Shown one piece after another: positions 60,091-64,000 of a DNA stretch of 64,000 nucleotides. The notes beneath the pieces are model-generated. The model was not told where the DNA came from, did not search any database, and saw only the letters and a list, made by a program, of their open reading frames with translations. Position 1 is the stretch's first letter; every line of letters starts with the position of its first letter. Both the position numbers and the translations under genes were made by a program. The stretch is from the human T2T-CHM13v2.0 reference genome, Homo sapiens, in the NCBI RefSeq assembly GCF_009914755.1, contig NC_060930.1. One strand, written 5' to 3'.

Positions 60091-61612
60091 TGTTGCCTTT
60101 TAAACCGTTTTAAGCCTTTAGAAACTATTTTTGTCCAGGCACGTGAGTCTAATGAGGAAAGTTTCAAAGAAAAGAAAAGGGGACTTTGTATTTCTTCTAT
60201 CCAATAGAGGCTTCTGTAATTAGAACATTTTTCCTTGACATGCACTTTTGAGTGCCAATTCATGGAATCAACCCAACTGATTGGAGAGAAATAGATTGGC
60301 ACCCCTGGCCTAAGCGCCTTTCTAAGCACAAGTGCACACACGCGTGTCTTGGTGTGCATAGCTGTGCTCGAACGCATGCTCCCCCAGGTTGCAGATGCTT
60401 CCTGCCAGGAGACGAAGACCAGCTGCCGAACTGGGCAAAGCTATTGAAACACAGCTCCTCTCTCTTTAGTATATAACATGAGTGAGAGATGGAGGTAGGG
60501 TACAGAGTAACTTAACATCTCAGTAGTTTCTTTCCTTTGTGTTCATTAAGATACAGCCCTTGACTCCCAGTTAAACCCAGGAGGTTGGAGTGCCAGCATT
60601 TCCGCATTCCAGCTATAAGCAGAATTCTACAAACTCAGAAACCTTCTTTCTCTAATAAAACCGCATGATGGGTATAGTCTAAACGCTTGTTTTCTAAAAC
60701 AAGACTAAAACGTTATTTCATTTCCTTCTAAAGCAAAGGGCACATAAGTTTTCACTGAAAAAGGTTTCTTACCAACTGAGTCACTTATCCAGTGTTAGGG
60801 GAGGGTGGAAACTAGCCCTCAAGTAATGGCATGAATATATGAATTAATTACTTGTGCATTCAAACTATGAATGAGTATATTTATTTTTAATAAAAGCAAG
60901 AGCTAAGAAGGAGCACTGTATTTCACTGATCTTATCAGATCATCTGGAAGCGAAGGGGATGTGAGCTTGGGGAGGAGGAGGAGGAGGAGTCTGAATTCCT
61001 TCTCACAGGGAAAAGTCGTGAGGACTGGGACTCTGGGTAAGCGTGGGAAGAGGAAGGGCCCAGCAGCTGGCCCCTGCTCTGTGCCCACCTACCAGGGTGC
61101 ACAGAAGGTGCCTTTTCCGCCGAGACTGCGTGATGGGAAAACAGACAGGGGAGCCTATGTGTGTCCCGTGGGATGGGAGATTCAGAAGCAACTTAAGAAA
61201 TTTTTGTAAAGAACTTTGAAACTGATGAACAGTGGTGTTTTTTTATTTTTTATTTTAACTTGAAAACAAAGTTTTGATGGTATCTGCAAACTTCAGCTGT
61301 GCAAAAGCAGTGCCTCTTCACGCCGAAGCAGTTTGCCTTTAAGGAGCTGCCAATAAAAAAGCTAATGGCGTGTGGCCCAGCGCACCCGAGGTGTCTGCGC
61401 TGTGCCTCTCCTGTTCCTGTTTCCTGTTCCCCTGTGTCTTCCACTTTCTTTCCCAGTTCCTCAGATCTGTTGTTGTGCTCTCTGGCATCCCCTGAAGCCT
61501 TTCTCAGCCTTCCAGGTGGTGTTCGGGACTAAGGAAGCTGCTGACTTGACCAGGTCTTACTTGCTGTTGCTAGTGTAGCAGTTTATTAGCTTGTCCCAAG
61601 ACCGGTCTGTAT

Positions 61613-61815
61613 CAGGAGTCCACAGATTGTGGCCCGCTCTGGCCCACTACCTGTTTTTGTAAATAAGGTTTTACTGGAACATCACCACTCCCATCTGTGT
61701 GTGTGGCTGCTTTGGGGGCTACAGTGGCAGGATTGAGCAATCGTGATAGAGACTGTTTGCCCCAAATGCCTGAACTATTTCCTATCTGGCCCTTGACAAA
61801 AAGCGTGCCTGCCCA
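61613..61815 (+). mobile_element. MER58A-like hAT-Charlie element
   Basis: ctggcccactacctgtttttgtaaataaggttttactggaaca...atttcctatctggcccttgac; homologous to 19308-19520. Confidence 0.8.
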
Positions 61816-62059
61816 CATCTGCACGGACAGTGGCCCGTGCGTCGCCTGTAGGGAATAACACACGCCTCCCGGACAGCCAAATGAAAATGCACACAGTGGC
61901 TCTCACAGAGATCAGACGCGCAGTAAATGTGGAGAAGTCTGCAGAGGTCTCTTGCAGATTTGTAGGTGATAGAACTTTATATGTGTGAATTTAAGAAAGC
62001 CGGTTTTGACCATTAGGGTAACATTGTTACATAAATGTGCTTTTTCTTAAATATTTGAG

Positions 62060-62330
62060 AGACTGTGTAGCAGAGTGTGTCATGCTTGGACTCTAAGCTA
62101 CACTCCAGGATGCCTGGGCTCAGACCTTAGTCCTCCAGTTGTGAGCCACGTGACCATGGGACATTTGTTGTTATTCACAGCCCCGTGCCTTAGGCTCCTC
62201 GTCTTCAGCATGAGGATTATAATAATGTGTACCTCCTAGGCTTGATCTGGGGATTAAGTGAGTTAACACAAAGAACTTGGAACTGAGCTTAGCACATAGT
62301 AAATGTTAAGTGTTTGCTTTTATTGCAGTT
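62060..62330 (+). mobile_element. MIR
   Basis: gtgtagcagagtg...gcctgggctc...gtacctcctagg...gattaagtgagttaa...gcacatagtaaatg. Confidence 0.75.
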
Positions 62331-62978
62331 ATTAATCCAATCCTACCTCTGCTGGAAATCCTTGAGAAGCTCCTCCTTATGGACAGGATAAATCTCAAAC
62401 TTAGAAGCCTGGTACACAAGGCCCTGCCAGACCCAGCCTCTCCCCTCTATCCCCCCGTCAGCCACACACAGCGCCCCAGTGGCTGTCCCAAGTCAGTCTG
62501 CCCTTGCCATTAAGCCGGTGTCCCCAGCCTCTCAGCCATAAGTGCCCTTTCCCCTCTTCTGCCACAGTCCCCAGCCAACAATGAAACCCCCATCAAGTGG
62601 CACCAACAATTTTGATACTTTACATCCATTATATGGTTTAATCCTGAGAACACCTCTTCATGTGGACAGTGTTAGGATTATCTGTTTTACAGAGAAGAGA
62701 ATGAAACAAGAAAAGATGCAAGCAACTCCCCTAAGGTCCTACAGGCAGGCAGTGCAGAGGCTCACCCAGCTGCAGGCTCTCCCAGCCCCTGAAGCCAGCT
62801 CCTGAGGGTTCAGCTCCAGAAGTGCTCATTCAGAGGACTCTCCACCAACCCCCACCAAGGGGACCCTCAAGCCCTCAGCCCCCATCAGACTCACTCTCCC
62901 TTCTCTCTTGCACTTTTCACATTGCATGCTTTGTTTTGCTTTTATCCTTTTTCTTGTTTTCACCCTTGCTGCTTTACT

Positions 62979-63037
62979 GCACACACACACACATGCATAC
63001 CCATACGTGCACGTGCATGCACACACACACACATACC
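62979..63037. repeat. Alternating purine-pyrimidine (CA/TG-rich) tract
   Basis: gcacacacacacacatgcatac...gtgcacgtgcatgcacacacacacacatac. Confidence 0.85.
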
Positions 63038-63299
63038 CATGTAGATGTGAGCTTCTCGAGTGCAAGAACTGGATTGTATTTAGCTTTACGTCACCTGTGC
63101 CTAGAACAGCTTCTGGAATGTAGTAAGTGTATAGTTATGTTACATGGATGGAGAAAGGCTTCCAAAAAATAGTAAGGACTGATTGGGAAACACTAATCCA
63201 TATTCCACACACACTTGTCTTTCGCATTTATGTAATTTCAACATTCAGTTATCAGGAGGCAGCACATTTTATTGGTCAAATACATGGGTCCCCGAGCCA

Positions 63300-63480
63300 G
63301 TTTGCTTGAGCTTCAGTACTAATCTTCTAGCTCTTGATTTTTCTCATTTGTAAATGGAGTCCTGGGGTATCTATATTTCATGTGGTTATTGGAAGAAATG
63401 AATGAATTCATTGGTGCAAAGCACTTAACCAAGTGCCCAGCACACACTGTGGTTCAGCAGCTGTTATGATTGAAGTAGTA
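63300..63480 (+). mobile_element. MIR
   Basis: ttttctcatttgtaaatgg...ttcatgtggttattggaagaaatgaatga...aaagcacttaaccaagtgcccagcaca. Confidence 0.75.
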
Positions 63481-63554
63481 TCATGTGTACCTTTGATTTA
63501 CTTGAATCTATCTACACACAATCAAAAGGTGTGAAAGGAAAGGGAAAACAACTG

Positions 63555-64000
63555 CCATCCCTCACCCCCGCCTCCGGCCCTGCCCGCCGTCCCCCACCCC
63601 CGCCTCCGACCCTGCCCTCCATCCCTCACCCCCCGCCTCCGGCCCTGCCCGCCAGCCCTCACCTCCGCCTCCGACCCTGCCCGCCTTCCCTCACCCCCGC
63701 CTCCGGCCCTGCCCTCCGTCCCCCACCCCCGCCTCCGGCCCTGCCCTCCATCCCTCACCCCCGCCTCCGGCCCTGCCCTCCGGCCCTCACCCCAGCCTCC
63801 GGCCCTGCCCTCCGTCCCCCACCCCAGCCTCCGACCCTGCCCGCCAGTCCTCACCCCCGCCTCCGACCCTGCCCGCCTTCCCTCACCCCCGCCTCCGGCC
63901 CTGCCCTCCGGCCCTCACCCCAGCCTCCGACCCTGCCCTCCGTCCCCCACCCCCGCCTCCGGCCCTGCCCTCCGTCCCTCACCCCCGCCTCCGGCCCTGT
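63555..64000. repeat. GC-rich minisatellite/VNTR, 32-bp unit, about 14 copies, truncated by the window end
   Basis: Unit CC(A/G/T)(T/G)CCC(T/C)CACCCC(C/A)GCCTCCG(G/A)CCCTGCCC(T/G). Confidence 0.95.

Noticed and set aside
63522-63854. 110-aa G/R-rich ORF on the minus strand
   Set aside because: Artefact of the stop-poor VNTR.
63600-63960. PRDM9 13-mer-like motif in the VNTR (cctccgtcccccac)
   Set aside because: Units I checked miss CCnCCnTnnCCnC by at least one fixed position; near matches are expected in C-rich repeats.

Overview
Primate, very probably human, intragenic DNA from ARID1B (BAF/SWI-SNF subunit, 6q25.3), transcribed on the + strand. Three canonical coding exons lie at 1030-1273, 26842-26931 and 49397-49576 (244, 90 and 180 nt). 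They splice in frame to give part of the S/P/Q/G-rich disordered N-terminal region and are separated by 25.6-kb and 22.5-kb introns. The rest is intron with about 22 Alus (many with visible TSDs), old L1, L2 and MIR fragments, MaLR LTRs, MER5/MER58 DNA transposons and a 32-bp GC-rich VNTR running off the right edge. Most interesting observations: (1) a heavily decayed but collinear piggyBac-type transposase fossil in sense orientation at about 17050-18350, preceded by a splice-acceptor-like site, an arrangement resembling the CSB-PGBD3 exon trap; (2) a 141-nt, stop-free, phase-compatible cassette exon candidate at 45681-45821 that appears built from an L2 fragment; (3) a poison-exon candidate at 3148-3218; (4) symmetric exons bracketed by inverted Alus that could form a 270-nt stop-free circle. 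Repeat families and protein motifs were assigned by eye from remembered consensus sequences, not from database searches.
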